A stretch of 64,000 bases of DNA from Eledone cirrhosa (GCA_964016885.1 OZ024743.1:168702001-168766000), one strand, 5' to 3'; positions 27,543 through 43,058 are shown, numbered from the stretch's first letter. Program-made: numbers and translations. The notes: a model not told the origin generated them from the letters alone.

Positions 27543-28109
27543 TCTCCCGTAAATAATACATATAAGGTATTTAATAGCCGCACAATTAAAGTTATCTACA
27601 TCTGCATACAAGTAAACACCATGCTGAATATAAGCAAAATAAGACTCCCTTGTTGAAATTGCACAATTTTTTTTCCTTCTAGCAACTGCGTTTTTCTAAA
27701 ACATTAATTTTATCGAGTTAATATCTATTTGAAACACCAAGATATATAGGGTTTACTGAAAATGACTTTATGACAAATGGTTCTTGCAATAGAGAGACAG
27801 ATATTTGGATGCACAAATGGGAGGAAGAATATTCAGTTTATATAGTAAAGTTTATTCGTTCCAAACCAATGATTCACTTCTTTACTACTCTGCTTTTTTT
27901 ACATTATGTGTTTATTCAGGCGACAAGTATGCACAAGCACACACATATATATACATCCCTATACATATATATACTGTAGAATCTCATTTACGTACTATAA
28001 TGTATTGAAACCTTCGATAAATTGAGATTATCTTCGCGATTAAAAGACACTACTTTCTCTATGAATATTTAAATTCTAAAATCAAAAAAAATCAAATGAA
28101 ATACTTCCA

Positions 28110-28264
28110 ATAATTGTTTCTACTGGTGCTTTATTTCATCGACACCGTAAGGATGAAAAGCAAAGCTAACCTCGGTGGGACTTGAACTCAGAACGTAAAG
28201 GGTCACAACTGTATTCTGCAAAGCATGGTGTCCGATGCTCTACCGATACTGCCAATCCAACGCC
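28110..28264 (-). mobile_element. SINE family A (internal deletion) with 16-bp TSD
   Basis: AAATACTTCCAATAAT at ~28099 and ~28265. Confidence 0.85.
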
Positions 28265-28439
28265 AAATACTTCCAATAATATCAGCTATTCAAAGTTTTT
28301 ATTTAAAAAAAACCCCACTTAAACGCAAACTCATTTATTGTGAACTTAACACGAAGAATGCTCCATTGGTGTGTTTCTCCTTTAGGCCTGTTTTTGATAT
28401 ACGTAAACATCATCACTGCTTCCTCTCTATTTTTATACA

Positions 28440-28710
28440 CACTAAGGTTAAGGTGTTTGGCCCACCGTCTTTAGGCTTCGAGTTTGATTCCCGGCAGCGA
28501 AGACACTTTATTTGATGTTGCTCTAGTCCACCCAGCTAGCACAAACGAATTGTACTTGTAGTTCAAAGGGTTAACCTTCTCTCATACCAGTCATGCTAAA
28601 TCTTGAAATCTACGTTAGGTGTACATGTGTCTGGAATACTCAGCTACATGCACAATAGACTGTTTCAGTGATCGAAAAAATGGAATACTCGTCACCGGAA
28701 CCGACGGATA
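28440..28710 (+). mobile_element. SINE family B, diverged
   Basis: B box GAGTTTGATTCC; body similar to 2480-2705. Confidence 0.6.
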
Positions 28711-29501
28711 TTCTCTAGAGTTCATGATTCTGTGAAAAGAAGTGACATGGCTAAAATAGAGAATTAATACTGCATCTCTGGCTTAGCTCACTGGACGTTT
28801 ACATGGCCGAATTAAACTATTTTGCTTTTCGATAAAATGACATAGAAAATACCAGAAGCTATATTTTGGGTTAAAGGGCGAATTGGAAAAGTTGTCTGAA
28901 CATAGGATAGAATGCCTTGTGGTAATCGTTCCGGCTCTCTGTTCAAGGATTTCAAATCTCACCGCGGTTAACTTTGCCTTTCTTCCATTTGTGTCATAGC
29001 CTCAAGTTGACCTATTCTTAGGAATGAACGCCAATGTCAACTTTCGAAGTCGGTAAAAAAGTCACAATTCAGTACTGTGGTAGATTCTTCCTCTATATCT
29101 CTTTCTCACAATTTTCCCAACTTTACCTTCACGTAGTGAGGGACTGTCTTATTTGAATGTCACGTCTTGGCCACAAATCCCATGCTTTTCATATACAAGG
29201 GAAACAAAGTATCAACACTTCAACTGGAAGTCTACGATAAATGACTGTCAATTTCAGTTACGTAGAGCAAGGCAATAAAAAATGACAGCAACGCTTCACT
29301 GGGTATCCAGTTCTCTAGACTACACATATAGACGTGTGTATGAATTGATTAATATATTTCCTGCTATAACGATATACTACTATATCTCACACTACACGTT
29401 ATGTCGCTCTAATTTTCTCTCACTTTGGGTGATACGTTGTTTTGTAAATATTTCTCAATATGCTCGCCTGTCAATATTTTTCAGATTAACCTTTTTTATC
29501 T

Positions 29502-29686
29502 GTGGATTGGCAGTATCGGTAGAGGGTCGGACGCCATGCTTTGCAGCACAGTTACGTCCCTTTACGGACTGAGTTCAAATCCCGCCGAGGTTAACTTTGC
29601 CTTTCATCCTTACAGGGTCGATAAAATAAAGTACCAGTAATACACTGGAGTAATTGCTGGCCTTGTGCCAAATGTAGAAACAGTTA
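29502..29686 (+). mobile_element. tRNA-derived SINE, family A
   Basis: Full-length consensus match. Confidence 0.9.
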
Positions 29687-30629
29687 TCTATATTTATCCG
29701 TCTCTCACTTTTCTCATTTCGTCACTCATCTAGCTCACCCCTCTCTATCTATTTGTCTATCTTAATTTAATTTTATCATATTAATATTTTGATATCAGAG
29801 AGACATATTTGTGTAGGGTTAAACTTGTATTTATTTACGCCTGTATACATCGTTGGTTTAAATAGGGGGGGGGGGATTAGTTTCATATTTCTTTTTCAAT
29901 CATACAAGGACTGGTGTCGATATACCCAACCACTTCCCACTCGTCAGACTATTTTAATTCTCAGTAGCAGAGGCCTAAGCTTTTTCAGGTAAAGCCTACT
30001 ATCAATTGTCTTGAGTTCAGCGCTCCATACAACTGAACACTCGTCTAACGTTCCATTGCTGCCTGTGGCGTAGTGAACTCGATTCTTGAACAGGAGAGCA
30101 TATTTTGACCTTGAGTGGTTTTTCTAATAGACTGGGCCACTGGTTATCAAATTAGTATTTTCTGTCGATATATATCAGTGACCCACATTCATTTCAAACT
30201 ACATAAACAACTTAAACAGACTGTTTAATATAGATTGTGTTTAAGCAGTCAACGGCATATGTTAACTTATGTGAAGTTAGGTTTCATATCTATTCATGTG
30301 TTGTTATGTATTTAGTCAACAGTGACAAATCAACGATGCTATGTATGCATGGATGTATGAAGTCGTAACTCCTTTTAGAGTTATGTGGCACCGCACTGAC
30401 ATATGGCGTGGCATGTATTAGACATTTTAAACCTGGTGGAGCCCATTCACTGAAAAACCAACTCTCCCAAACTTTCAAACGTAGTGATGTATATTCGTTT
30501 CCGGAGCGCCGTATTGCACATTTCAATCTGTTCTTTTTAACACTCTTCATGTCAGAACACAGTCGATTCCTTTCAGAGAAAAAGGGGAGAGAGAAAGAGG
30601 GGTAAAGGGCGACAGAGAGAGAGAGTAAT

Positions 30630-30782
30630 AATCAATCGTAGTACAGAACTGATACTTTATTTGTCGATTTCGGAAAGATGAAGGGCAGACTTTATCTGGC
30701 CGTGATTTGAACTCCGAGCACTGACATCCGGAACGAATGCAGCAAAGCATTCTATTCGACGTTCTAACGACTCTCCTGATTC
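30630..30782 (-). mobile_element. Diverged tRNA-SINE
   Basis: GATTTGAACTC B box and GATGAAGGGCAGA core. Confidence 0.6.
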
Positions 30783-30954
30783 GTCTATCTATCTGACACG
30801 TAACACCTGAGGGTGTCCTAGGGGGTATCGTAATGAGATACGGCGTTTTGGGGTCATTCTTTAAAAACCTGTCGGAGCCCATCTCCTCTCCATGTCTGAA
30901 TACATCAGATTTCTTCTAGAGAGTCAGAGAATGGAGGCGAGAAGAGATGTAGAG

Positions 30955-31112
30955 GAAACATTGACCCCAGTACTAGCCTGGTAATTTTTATCGACCTTGA
31001 ATGGATGAAAAGCGAAGTTGGCCCCGGCGGGATTTGAATTTAGATAGCAGAGAACCGGAACAAATACTGCAAAACATTCTATCCAACGTTCTAACGACTC
31101 TGCCAATTTGTC
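30955..31112 (-). mobile_element. Diverged tRNA-SINE
   Basis: TTTATCGACC..GGATGAAAAGCGAAGTTG..CGGCGGGATTTGAA. Confidence 0.7.
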
Positions 31113-31479
31113 ACCTATTTGTAATGTATATAAGCTGTCTAAATAACAGATTTCTAGAACATGAATATTCACATATTCTGATGTCAGTGTAGATGTTTAT
31201 TGACAATAATCGGTCAATATATATATTGTGTCAATGGAGTTGACAATTACAGAATCTGCCTGTTCAGCCTAAATGTGTCGTTTTTCGGGGGGAAAATATA
31301 ATTCTAGACGTTAGTTCTCCTTTTTATTATTATGTCTTTAAGCATTTATTCATGTATAAAATCTAAGCCAAAAGCGAAAAGTCCGCCAATTTTCAAATGC
31401 TTCTTATACATGGTATCTGTTAACAGCCAGGTAGACTAGTCTGTCGAGAGTTAAGTGCCTTCGTCTTGTACGGTGGATG

Positions 31480-31770
31480 CATCATGGTTGGATGGTTAAG
31501 AAACTCGCTTACCAATTATTAGGTTCCAGGTTCGATCCCTATGCGTGGCATCTTGAGTAAGTGCCACATACCATAACCTTGTGAATGAAATTGGGTAGGC
31601 GGAAATAGTTTGATGGAGTTTGCTTCTAATTAAAAAAGCCAGCCTTGTCATACATTATTTTACACTGAATCCTCCTGAGAATGGCTTTGTGGATACACGT
31701 ATCTGTGGGATGCTCGGCATCCCACAGATCAAACAACTGGAACAGTCATCGTTGAAACCGACGGCGTTCC
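31480..31770 (+). mobile_element. SINE family B, diverged
   Basis: B box GGTTCGATCCC and tail similar to 2560-2705. Confidence 0.55.
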
Positions 31771-33131
31771 ATTCCAAGATTAGTGCTGTTGACCAATTAT
31801 GAATTACCTACCCTTTGACTAACGATCCAACATCCTGTCTACCCATCCAACTACATACTTGGTACTCATAACGTATTTTATTTTAACTGAGCAAATGCTA
31901 CTTTAGTGTATAGAAACTTCTTCAAGTGCTATAATTTAAACAGTACATGTGGACCAAAGAAATAACATTGCTAATTGACGAAGAGGGTAGGGTTATATGG
32001 GCACCGTGTTTAAATAAAAAAAAATATATCATCAGGCTGATATAAAAAGGAATAGGAATGCGAAATACGAAAGAAAGTGAATTTCACTGAAAATTATTTT
32101 TAAAAAGCAACAACATAGAGATGTGGTAATCGCAATAGAAGAAGAGAAGGGAGATATATGGCAAAAAATAAATACCCGAAAAAAAAAATAAATATAGTAG
32201 TAAAATAAAGTTTATCGGAGTCAGGGTTCACAAATTATGTTTTCCATCGGAAATTGTGTGCCTTTGGCTAATTAAGGAAAAAACAGAATTAGTGGCCCAG
32301 TGTGATTCGCGACAGATATTAAATAAATAGCATGATCGGTGATCCAGCGTTATTCTAGACAGATATTAAAGCCAAATGAGTCTGTTGGCGGTCGCCGTAT
32401 TTCTGTTGACTCGGCAATCACATTGCAGGCAACTGAAACCTCGATGATAAACAATGTGGAAGCAATAACTGCAGCTGATTACACAAGATCTTCAGAGGCA
32501 CAGCCTTACTATACTTATCACCATTGCTATGCCATCGCCGCCATGTCATTACATAGTCCACCACTACTATTAAATTTATCATTATCTATATCATCATCAT
32601 CACCATTGATTTTCTTCTACAATTGAAATCCCTGCAATGGCGCCATTAATAACAGGCAGAAAGCCATGGACGTCACAACTTCTTATTTCCTCCATTTTTG
32701 AACACCAGTGACATCAACCCTATAAAAATGAAATTTGTATTATCCCCATCAACAATACCATCACTATTATCATCACTACCTTTTCCATTTTAAACCTCCA
32801 CTGTATATTAATACCTTTAATTAGTTCAACCGTTTTTCTTCGAACATTCCACAATTTTTTCTCATTAAACTTCACATTTGTTTGTTCGTTTGCATGTATG
32901 TGTTTGTGTGTGTCTATATATATATGTGTGTGTCTGTGTGTGTGTCTAGGTGTGTTTGGGAGGGGGGGGAGTATGTTCGTGTTATTTCTTTCATACATGT
33001 GGTTCTGGTTTTTTCTATCACCTCAACTATGCCTAAAAATTTCACCTACTCCCCTTCGCCTCCGTTCTCTGTTCCAACTCTATTTACTTTTCACCGCAAG
33101 TTGATTAAACAAACGATACTTTCACAATATT

Positions 33132-33188
<57 letters not shown>

Positions 33189-33425
33189 ATCCATACACAG
33201 ACGCAGATACATATATGTTTACGTATGTGTGCTTGTGTCTGTATGCATATGTGATACGTATGTTGAGCGAGGCGGGGTAGGTGCGAATGTGTACAGATAA
33301 CTAAGTAAACACAATATTGACTATAATTGCTTGGTCAATTCAAGACTGTCTTCAGTCACATTCTAATAGTTATAACGTGCTATGTGTACAATACGATCAA
33401 GGAAAACTGCCAATACCAACACTGG

Positions 33426-33439
33426 TGCTGCTGCTGCTG

Positions 33440-33524
<85 letters not shown>
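33426..33524. repeat. (CTG)n-(CTA)n trinucleotide repeat
   Basis: Direct inspection. Confidence 0.95.
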
Positions 33525-34290
33525 ATGTACGAGCGGGCATATACTAAATTTACTGTTACGAAGTCGGCATATAGTCTGCAAGAATACTTTATTTCTTGAT
33601 CTAAAGTCGGATTCCAGTTTAAACATAAAGCAGGCCCCTGTCTTAAGCTTGAACGCCTTTACTCTCTCTCTGCTGCTGCGACTTTTCATCAGGTTGGTTT
33701 CTTCCGAATGAAAACCACACTTGAATAGTGTGGTGCCAGGAAGGACAGTACAGGTGGAAGTGGCAATACTCACAAGCCCCTAGTTGTCGTAATGTGTTAT
33801 GAACTAGATCCAATCGGAAGGGAGGATTTATAGCGATTATTTGTTGGGTTGTTGTTGGTAGTGGATTGTGTTGTGGTGTTGATTCATTTGTTGCGTGCGT
33901 GCTCTCTTGTAGCTTGTTGTGTCGTATGGTCACTGCTGTGTGATACAATGTGACCAGAGGTTGTATGTGTGCAGGTAAGTGAGTAAGTGTTCAACAAGAT
34001 GATGATGATATGATAGTTCCTTGATCACACAGAAAATGAATATATATATAAATGAACCACGATGGCACCAAACCACTATATTATTAATTTATTGAAAATA
34101 ACTCACGCCGAAGCTATACTAAAAATATACTGGAATTATGAACGTTATTTGTTAGTTAATAAAAGTAGAATTAAATTGTATTTACCAAGAAAACTTCATG
34201 AACTTTACTGTCTTGGTTAAGAGAGAGATCAAGAGATAGAGATTGAGTTAAAAAGAGAAAGTAAGAGAAATTAAGAGTCTATATGACCAG

Positions 34291-34397
<107 letters not shown>

Positions 34398-34399
34398 TA

Positions 34400-35390
34400 G
34401 GCCCCAAGGGGTCTGTAGAACACAAATGTTTTACATCGTTACTCTATCAGGAACTGCTCCGAACTGCCTTTTGCTTGGTCTAAGACAGGCTATTTATATC
34501 TGTCGCTTCCCCTGTCCCCTGCTTTGAAAACCACCGGGGTGACCTCCAGAGAACGCCCATGAGAACGACTTGTTTACGCCAAAAATGAGGTACCCCAAAA
34601 TTTGACCGTTAAATGTCACCCAGGGGTCATGGTGTGGACAGATTACGCTGCAGATTTGCCTCTTCGCAGTTAAGCTGAAGAAAAGGCAATGTATACACCA
34701 ATAGAGAGTCTGAATCACATCCATCTTTAATGATCTCACTGCAGCATTAGATGTAGTTATGAATGAGTCATATATACTCCTGGAAAACTTAAGGCCTTAT
34801 TAGAATTCTGTTCGAGTAATACCCCTTCCCCCTAATATGAACACCTTTTTCCAGCACAGTAATATCCATATACATTTCATAAGTAACATCGGGGACAGAG
34901 ATCAATAATTGATTGTTTATTGTCTCCGATCTCTCCTACTCTGTGCTGATTGTTCATGTTAAGAGTGAGGCTGTGCTATTATCGGATCACCATATAGTTC
35001 TCTGCAGCCTGAGACAACTCTAGTCAAGAAGCTCCTCAAAACTGGCACGTCCAACTCAACCTATAGGATAAATTATGAAGCGCTGACTGATGAGGTCATG
35101 AGACCAGGTATGCGGATAGTGTTACATTTAATCTCAGAGAATATCCTAAACAAACTGATGAGATTGAAACGGAGATGGAGCTGTTCAACTCAACAGTTTC
35201 CGATTACGCTGTTAACTGGTGCGGGGGAAAGCGGTTTGCTGTGGCGCCGGGTGGTAGGAAAATGTTATGGTTTAATAAGGATGTTAACGATGTTATTCGA
35301 GCAAAGAAAAAGGTTTGCGAAACTTAGATAGGAAATAAATCTTTCTTCTCGCACTCACAGTACAAGAGGCCGCGAATGGTCGCAGCAGAG

Positions 35391-35469
<79 letters not shown>

Positions 35470-35880
35470 GGGAGAGAGAGAGTAAAGCGTTCAAGCTTAA
35501 GACATGTGCATACTATGGATTTAGATAAAGAAATAAAGTATTCTGGCAGACCATATGCCGACTTCGGAACGAGAAGTCCTCCTCCACAACTGCTATCAAG
35601 AACGCTCTCTGAAGTGAAGTTCGTTGTGACAGGGCGGATAAGATACTTTGCGGATCTCTTAAATCCAGTCACATCTAATCTACATCAGGTGTATATAGAA
35701 GGGATGGGAAACCTCTCTGTGGATGAGGTCACAACAACGATTAAAGCGCTCATATGTGGCAAGATATCTGGGGAAGATAAACTTCGGTCCCAGACGGTAA
35801 GAACCCCAGAGAAGTTACGCTCTGGTAGACTCTTATGGACTGGATCTCTGGAAAGGCACAAAGGCAATAGCAATTGAAAG
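34400..35880 (+). pseudogene. Possible heavily decayed RTE-like LINE relic, interrupted by (GA)n
   Basis: Fragmentary SEAVLLSDHHIVLCSL (APE SDH motif, ~34965-35015) and TIKALICGKISGED (GKAPGxD-like, ~35735-35780). Confidence 0.4.
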
Positions 35881-36012
35881 TGTTAATCGCAATTTCAATT
35901 CATAGGGCCAACCCGAAGAATTGACAACACGTTTTTCCAGCAATCGATATATGTCAATCGGTATATGTCAATGTAACAAATAAATGTATACCTCTCTCTC
36001 CCTTTCACTCTC

Positions 36013-36066
<54 letters not shown>

Positions 36067-36530
36067 TGTGTGTGTGCGCGCACGCGGACGTGTGTGTGTG
36101 TATTAGATGATTCAGTATATTTGTCGTTTAGTGAGGAAGGTATCAATATTAGTACTCAAGACTATATCAGAGTGTATATATTAAGAACAAAAGCACAAAC
36201 CCTCCATCTAAATTTTAACTTTGAAAATCATAAGAACTGTGAAACCGGTAAAGTAAATAAATAAATATTCTTAAAAGACTCCAGTTGCATTATAAATTTA
36301 TTTTCCTTATATATATATATATATATATATTATGTAGATAAATCTACCAAGAGTTTACGGTAGTGTCCAATCCGTATGAAGAACTCAATGTATTCCGGAT
36401 ATCATGGAAAGAAGAGATGTAATGAAAAATCACTTTCGGTGAAAGATAAACGGTATACAGAGTCAAGATAAAATATTAAACAAATAATGAATAAAACAAT
36501 GAAACAGTTCCTTATATTAAACAAAAAAAG

Positions 36531-36685
36531 TTCATTATTTAACGATCGTTTCTAGGATATATATGTGTTAGAATTGGCATGCATATTCAACAGATCTATG
36601 TACAAAATTATACAAAATTATACAAACTATCAAGATTAAATATACATACCAAACACACATATACGCCGTCTTCAGAAATAATGAA
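36531..36685 (-). ncRNA. Hammerhead with 116-nt stem II domain (left arm copy)
   Basis: Reverse complement of 41342-41496. Confidence 0.8.
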
Positions 36686-37320
36686 ATATATTTATTGATA
36701 ATAACAACAATTCAAAATTTCAGGTCCGTTTGGGAACAAAATTGACCAATGAAAATACAAAAGGTTTTATGCAGTTTGGCGTGTGTATATACATGTAACT
36801 ACCCCGTATACATATTTATACAAAGATGTATGCTCAACATGCATACGCATGCCAAAAAGATGCATGCAAATACAAAATTTCAAGGTTAATGTCTCTGTAA
36901 GTTTATAATGCACAGATAAGATGCGTATAGACACATAAATATGAAATAAGTGTATACACATATTCTCATACTCACACATATCCGTACACTCACACACACG
37001 CGCGCGTATATGCATAAACATACACATAATTACGAACATACATACACACACACACCCCCACACACATATATATATGTGGATATAATATTATCATAAGCAC
37101 ATGGATATTAGTTCACTCACATAAACACTGCCACACACATTTAGATCAAGATACAGAAATTAGGTGGGAGGGGGGGAGAGGTCAGTATTCAACGGTTTGG
37201 GCAGACTGCTTATTTATAGATGTATCTATAAACTAAGAAATAAAAAATAAAAATTAAAAAGGAAAGAAAAGAAAAAGAAAAAAGAAAAAAGAAATATATC
37301 AAGAAAATATATATATATAC

Positions 37321-37375
<55 letters not shown>

Positions 37376-37455
37376 CACACATCTACACTTAGAACACACA
37401 TACACACACATATATAAACATATACATATACACACATACACACACATACATATAA

Positions 37456-37488
<33 letters not shown>

Positions 37489-38174
37489 TACACATATAAA
37501 CACACAGTGTGCTCAAGAGAGCCACCCCTTATCAAAATAATAGAAATGAATGTAGATTATGTTCCCAAGAACTATTTGAAATAATGAAATCTAAGGATAT
37601 CCTATTAAATAAACGACAGGAATTAATTATATCGTGTAATCATAAACTAAAAAAAACATTTAAATATTATAAACCTAATTAATAACATTATTTTAGAAAT
37701 TAATTTAATTTAAATGTTAGTTAACCTATAAATTTAATTTAATTAAAATTCTACTACAGATGTGAATATAAAATATTGTGTAATCATAAATTGTGAAAAA
37801 CCTTTAAATATTACTAATATATACTTAGTAATTTAATTCATAGATTAATTTTAATTTATTTAAACCTTTTATTAAAATTCCTTTACAGATAAAATATAAC
37901 AAAATATCGTGTATCCAATGACAGAGAAATAATTTTTAGTATTATAGACCTAATTAATATACATTTTAGAAATATATTTATAATTTGGTTTTAAATTTAG
38001 TCAACCTAAAAATTTAATTTAATTGGCTTAAAATTAGTATCCTTATACAGACGGATTGCAGAGTGTCATGTAATCATAGAATGGGATGTGTTTTGGATGT
38101 ATACCTAGTTAATATATTCTTTGCAATTTTTGAAAAAATATGTATATGTATGTATGTATATGTATGTGTATGTA

Positions 38175-38271
<97 letters not shown>

Positions 38272-39272
38272 GTGTATGTATATGTATATGTATATGTATT
38301 AATTTTGATTTCTATTTGCATATAATTATATTCTGCTATTGATAAAATACAATATCTGTTTTATTTATTATATACCTAATTAACATATACTATAGAAATT
38401 AATATATAATTTTTAATTTAGTTAACCTATAATTTATATTCTACTACCGATGTAATACTTTATTTGTTTTTTCCCTATTACTAAATTCATTTCCTAATAT
38501 TGATACCATAACGTTAATAACTTTAATTTAGTTATACTATAATTAATACTCTACTACTATTTAACTTCAAAATTCTGCTTCAAATATTATAAACCTAACT
38601 AATTTACACCTTAGAAATCAATATGTTAACTATCTTTAGTTTAGTTAACATATAATTAATGGTATACTTATTTTGAAATGCATAATTTTGCCTTATTTCT
38701 TGTATTTCCTAACACTGAAACTATGTAAAAACATATATTGGGATCCAGATACAGATAATATTCTATGTTTCTTGAAACATATATTTACTATAATCCCCTT
38801 CTCCACCCCCCCCTTTCCCCCATACTATTATCATCTGTGTTTGTAAGCGTGTATGTATGAATATATATGTAGGTAGGTGTATATATGTTTGGGTATTTAT
38901 ATCTGAATATAAAAATACATATATGCGCATGCAAATAAGAATGTAAGATTGTGTGTATATATATGTGTGTATATGTATATATATATGTGTATATATGCAT
39001 GTGTATATATATGTGTATATGTATATATATATATATGTGTATATGTGTATATGTGTGTGGGCGTGTATGTGTGTGTGTATATATATTTATATATATATGT
39101 GTGTATGTATGTGTATATATATATGTGTATATATATGTATGTCTCTCTATATATATGTCTATCTTCGTATCTATGTGGCTATATGTGTGTATGTACACGT
39201 ATGCACATGTATATGTTTATGTGTATATGTGTGTATGTGTATATATGTACGTGTGCGCACATATATATGTGA

Positions 39273-39322
<50 letters not shown>

Positions 39323-39349
39323 CTATGTGTGTATATATGTCTATATTCG

Positions 39350-39386
<37 letters not shown>

Positions 39387-39944
39387 TATTATTATAATAT
39401 AACTTATGTGTATGTGTGTATATGTGAGGGTGTGTATATGTATATATATGTATATATATGTGTAAAAAAATATATATGTGTATGTGTGTTTTTTTTTTTT
39501 TTTGTGTGTGTGTATATATATGTATGTATATATGTGTGTATGTGTGTGTTTGTATGTGTGTTTATGGTTGTATGTGTGTGTGGGTGTATATATATAAATG
39601 TATGTGTATATATATATATATATGTGTATATGTATCTCTATTAATGTGTGTATATATGTATATGTATATACCTTTTTCTTTGTATGTCTGAGTTGTGTGA
39701 GAGTGTAGTGGTGTTTGTATGTATATACGCATATATGGATGCGTATGTATTTGTATATATGAGTATATGTAAGTGCGTATGTATGTATGAATATATATCT
39801 ATGTCTATGTATGAGTATATATGTGTGTGTATGTATGTTGTGTGTGTATGTATGTATGTGTCTATGTGTGTATATATATATATATATGTGTGTATATGTA
39901 TGTGTGTATGTGTATGTATGTACATATATGTCTATGTATATGTG

Positions 39945-40007
<63 letters not shown>

Positions 40008-40218
40008 CTTTATTTTATATATATGTGTGTGTGTGTATGTGTGTGTGTGTATATATATCTTTATATATGTGTATGTGTATGTTCGTGTAGGTGTATGTGT
40101 GTGTATGACTATATATGTATGTGTGTATGTGTGTATGTATGTATATGTATGTGTGAGTACATGTATGTATGTGTATGTATATATATGTGTGTATATGTGT
40201 ATGTATATATATATATAT

Positions 40219-40250
<32 letters not shown>

Positions 40251-40526
40251 GTATCTCTATTTGTATGTGTATATGTGTATAGGTATATACCTTTTTCTTT
40301 GTATGTCTGAGTTGTGTGAGAGTGTAGTGGTGTTTGTATGTATATACCGATATATGGATGCGTAAGTATTTGTGTGTATGTATGTATGTATGTCTGTATG
40401 TATTTGTGTGTATATATAGGTATGTATGTGTATATCTGTATGTATATAAGTATGTATGTGTATGTATATGTGCGTGTATGTGTATATATATGTGTGTCTA
40501 TATATGTATGTGTGATTATATGTGTA

Positions 40527-40559
<33 letters not shown>

Positions 40560-40647
40560 TTATATGTATGTGTGTATATGTGTGTATGTGTGTATATGTA
40601 TATGTTTATATATGTGTGTGTATGTGTGTTCTAAGTGTAGATGTGTG

Positions 40648-40715
<68 letters not shown>

Positions 40716-41341
40716 TATATTTTCTTGATATATTTCTTTTTTCTTTTTTCTTTTTCTTTTCTTTCCTTTTTAATTTTTATTTTTTATTTCTTAGTTTATA
40801 GATACATCTATAAATAAGCAGTCTGCCCAAACCGTTGAATACTGACCTCTCCCCCCCTCCCACCTAATTTCTGTATCTTGATCTAAATGTGTGTGGCAGT
40901 GTTTATGTGAGTGAATTAATATCCATGTGCTTATGATAATATTATATCCACATATATATATGTGTGTGGGGGTGTGTGTGTGTATGTATGTTCGTAATTA
41001 TGTGTATGTTTATGCATATACGCGCGCGTGTGTGTGAGTGTACGGATATGTGTGAGTATGAGAATATGTGTATACACTTATTTCATATTTATGTGTCTAT
41101 ACGCATCTTATCTGTGCATTATAAACTTACAGAGACATTAACCTTGAAATTTTGTATTTGCATGCATCTTTTTGGCATGCGTATGCATGTTGAGCATACA
41201 TCTTTGTATAAATATGTATACGGGGTAGTTACATGTATATACACACGCCAAACTGCATAAAACCTTTTGTATTTTCATTGGTCAATTTTGTTCCCAAACG
41301 GACCTGAAATTTTGAATTGTTGTTATTATCAATAAATATAT

Positions 41342-41496
41342 TTCATTATTTCTGAAGACGGCGTATATGTGTGTTTGGTATGTATATTTAATCTTGATAG
41401 TTTGTATAATTTTGTATAATTTTGTACATAGATCTGTTGAATATGCATGCCAATTCTAACACATATATATCCTAGAAACGATCGTTAAATAATGAA
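41342..41496 (+). ncRNA. Hammerhead with 116-nt stem II domain (right arm copy)
   Basis: TTCATTATTT-CTGAAGA-cggcgTATATGTGT..ACACATATAtatccta-GAAAC-GATC-GTT-AAATAATGAA. Stem I is a perfect 10 bp and stem III is the palindrome ACGATCGT. Confidence 0.8.
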
Positions 41497-41550
41497 CTTT
41501 TTTTGTTTAATATAAGGAACTGTTTCATTGTTTTATTCATTATTTGTTTA

Positions 41551-41667
<117 letters not shown>

Positions 41668-42410
41668 CTATATACTACTAAAACTTTGATCTTGCGTGCT
41701 TGCTTGTCTGTTATGAAATACAGCCAAAAGGGCGCATAATGGGTAAATACTTTGAAAGCAAGTTGCCTCTGAAATGGGAATACAAATTGAATAAAACAAG
41801 TTTCGCGAAAATTGGACCCCGGGTTCCCAAGATTTGTGAGTTTTGGGGGTACCTTCGTAAATAGCCACAACGGTGCATACTGGGAAAATACCCCGAAATT
41901 AACATAACCCTGCAAAACTTTGTAAATAGCCAAAACATTTCATAATGAGAAAATACTCTGAATAAAACAAGTTTGGCGTAAAATGGACATGGATAATATT
42001 TTCAATTTTCCAAAAATAGCAAGGAATTCATTTAAATTCAATTTATCTTATTTTATAATGAATATCGAAAGAATAATCCATTTGTTTTTTGGTTGTCCAT
42101 TCTGTAAGTAAGAGAGGCAGAGAGGGAATGAGAGAGAGAAAGAGAGAGAGGGGGTCAGAGAGTGAGGGTGAGAGAGAGCGAGGGGATGAGAGAGAGAGAG
42201 AGAGGGGATGACAGATAGGGAAAGAGACAGCGTCGTTAACTTTTATTATTTTAACACTCCCCCTATCCATAACCTTATTTCTTTCTCTCTCTTTCACAGT
42301 TCTACTGCCACCGTGTGTATCTGTATGTGTATGTGTGCCAGTGCATGTGTTTACGTACTTAGAGCCATGCGTGTGTTGTGTGTGTGTGTAACAGTACCTA
42401 AGTTAGAGAC

Positions 42411-42446
<36 letters not shown>

Positions 42447-43058
42447 AGGATACCTTCGTAAATAGCCCAAAACGGTGCATAATGGGAAAATAAGTGACAT
42501 AACCTTGAAATGGGGATAAAACAAGTTTGACGTAAGTCGACATAAACTATTTTCATCATTTGAGAAATATTTTTAATAATTATTAAAAAAAAATTTTTCA
42601 GTGATTTCTCAGTGAACATGATTTCAAAACTACAAGCTTTCTTTAAACAGACGATATTTTTATTATCAGAAAAGCATTAAGTGAATATGACTGAAAAATA
42701 CCAGTTGGTTTTAAACAGTCGGTGTTTATATATTTTTGCTTTTATTAAAAAGAATATTTCAATTATTTAGAAATATTTTGAAGTGAATTTGATTTCACAA
42801 ATAGCTTTATTTACATATCTTCATTTTTTAAAAATTATTTTCAAGTGAATACGTTGGAAAAAATATTTCTTGGCATATTTAAAAAATATTCTTAAGTGGA
42901 AATTACTTAAAAAATACAAATTATTTCTACACTGAGTATATATATTTCAGCTTTCTTTAAACAGAATATTTTAATTATTAATAAGTATTTTTAAGTGAAT
43001 ATGATTTGAAAAATACGAGTTGTTTAAACAGACAATATTTTCATTATTTAGAAATATT

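Noticed and set aside
29502-29590. tRNA-like A/B boxes as a tRNA gene
   Set aside because: It continues into a SINE body repeated many times in the window.
32240-32650. Unique-looking segment with a 95-aa ORF as a possible host exon
   Set aside because: No recognisable domain or convincing splice structure.
39640-40390. Duplicated ~120-bp block within a TG/TA tract
   Set aside because: An ordinary slippage duplication inside the PLE spacer.
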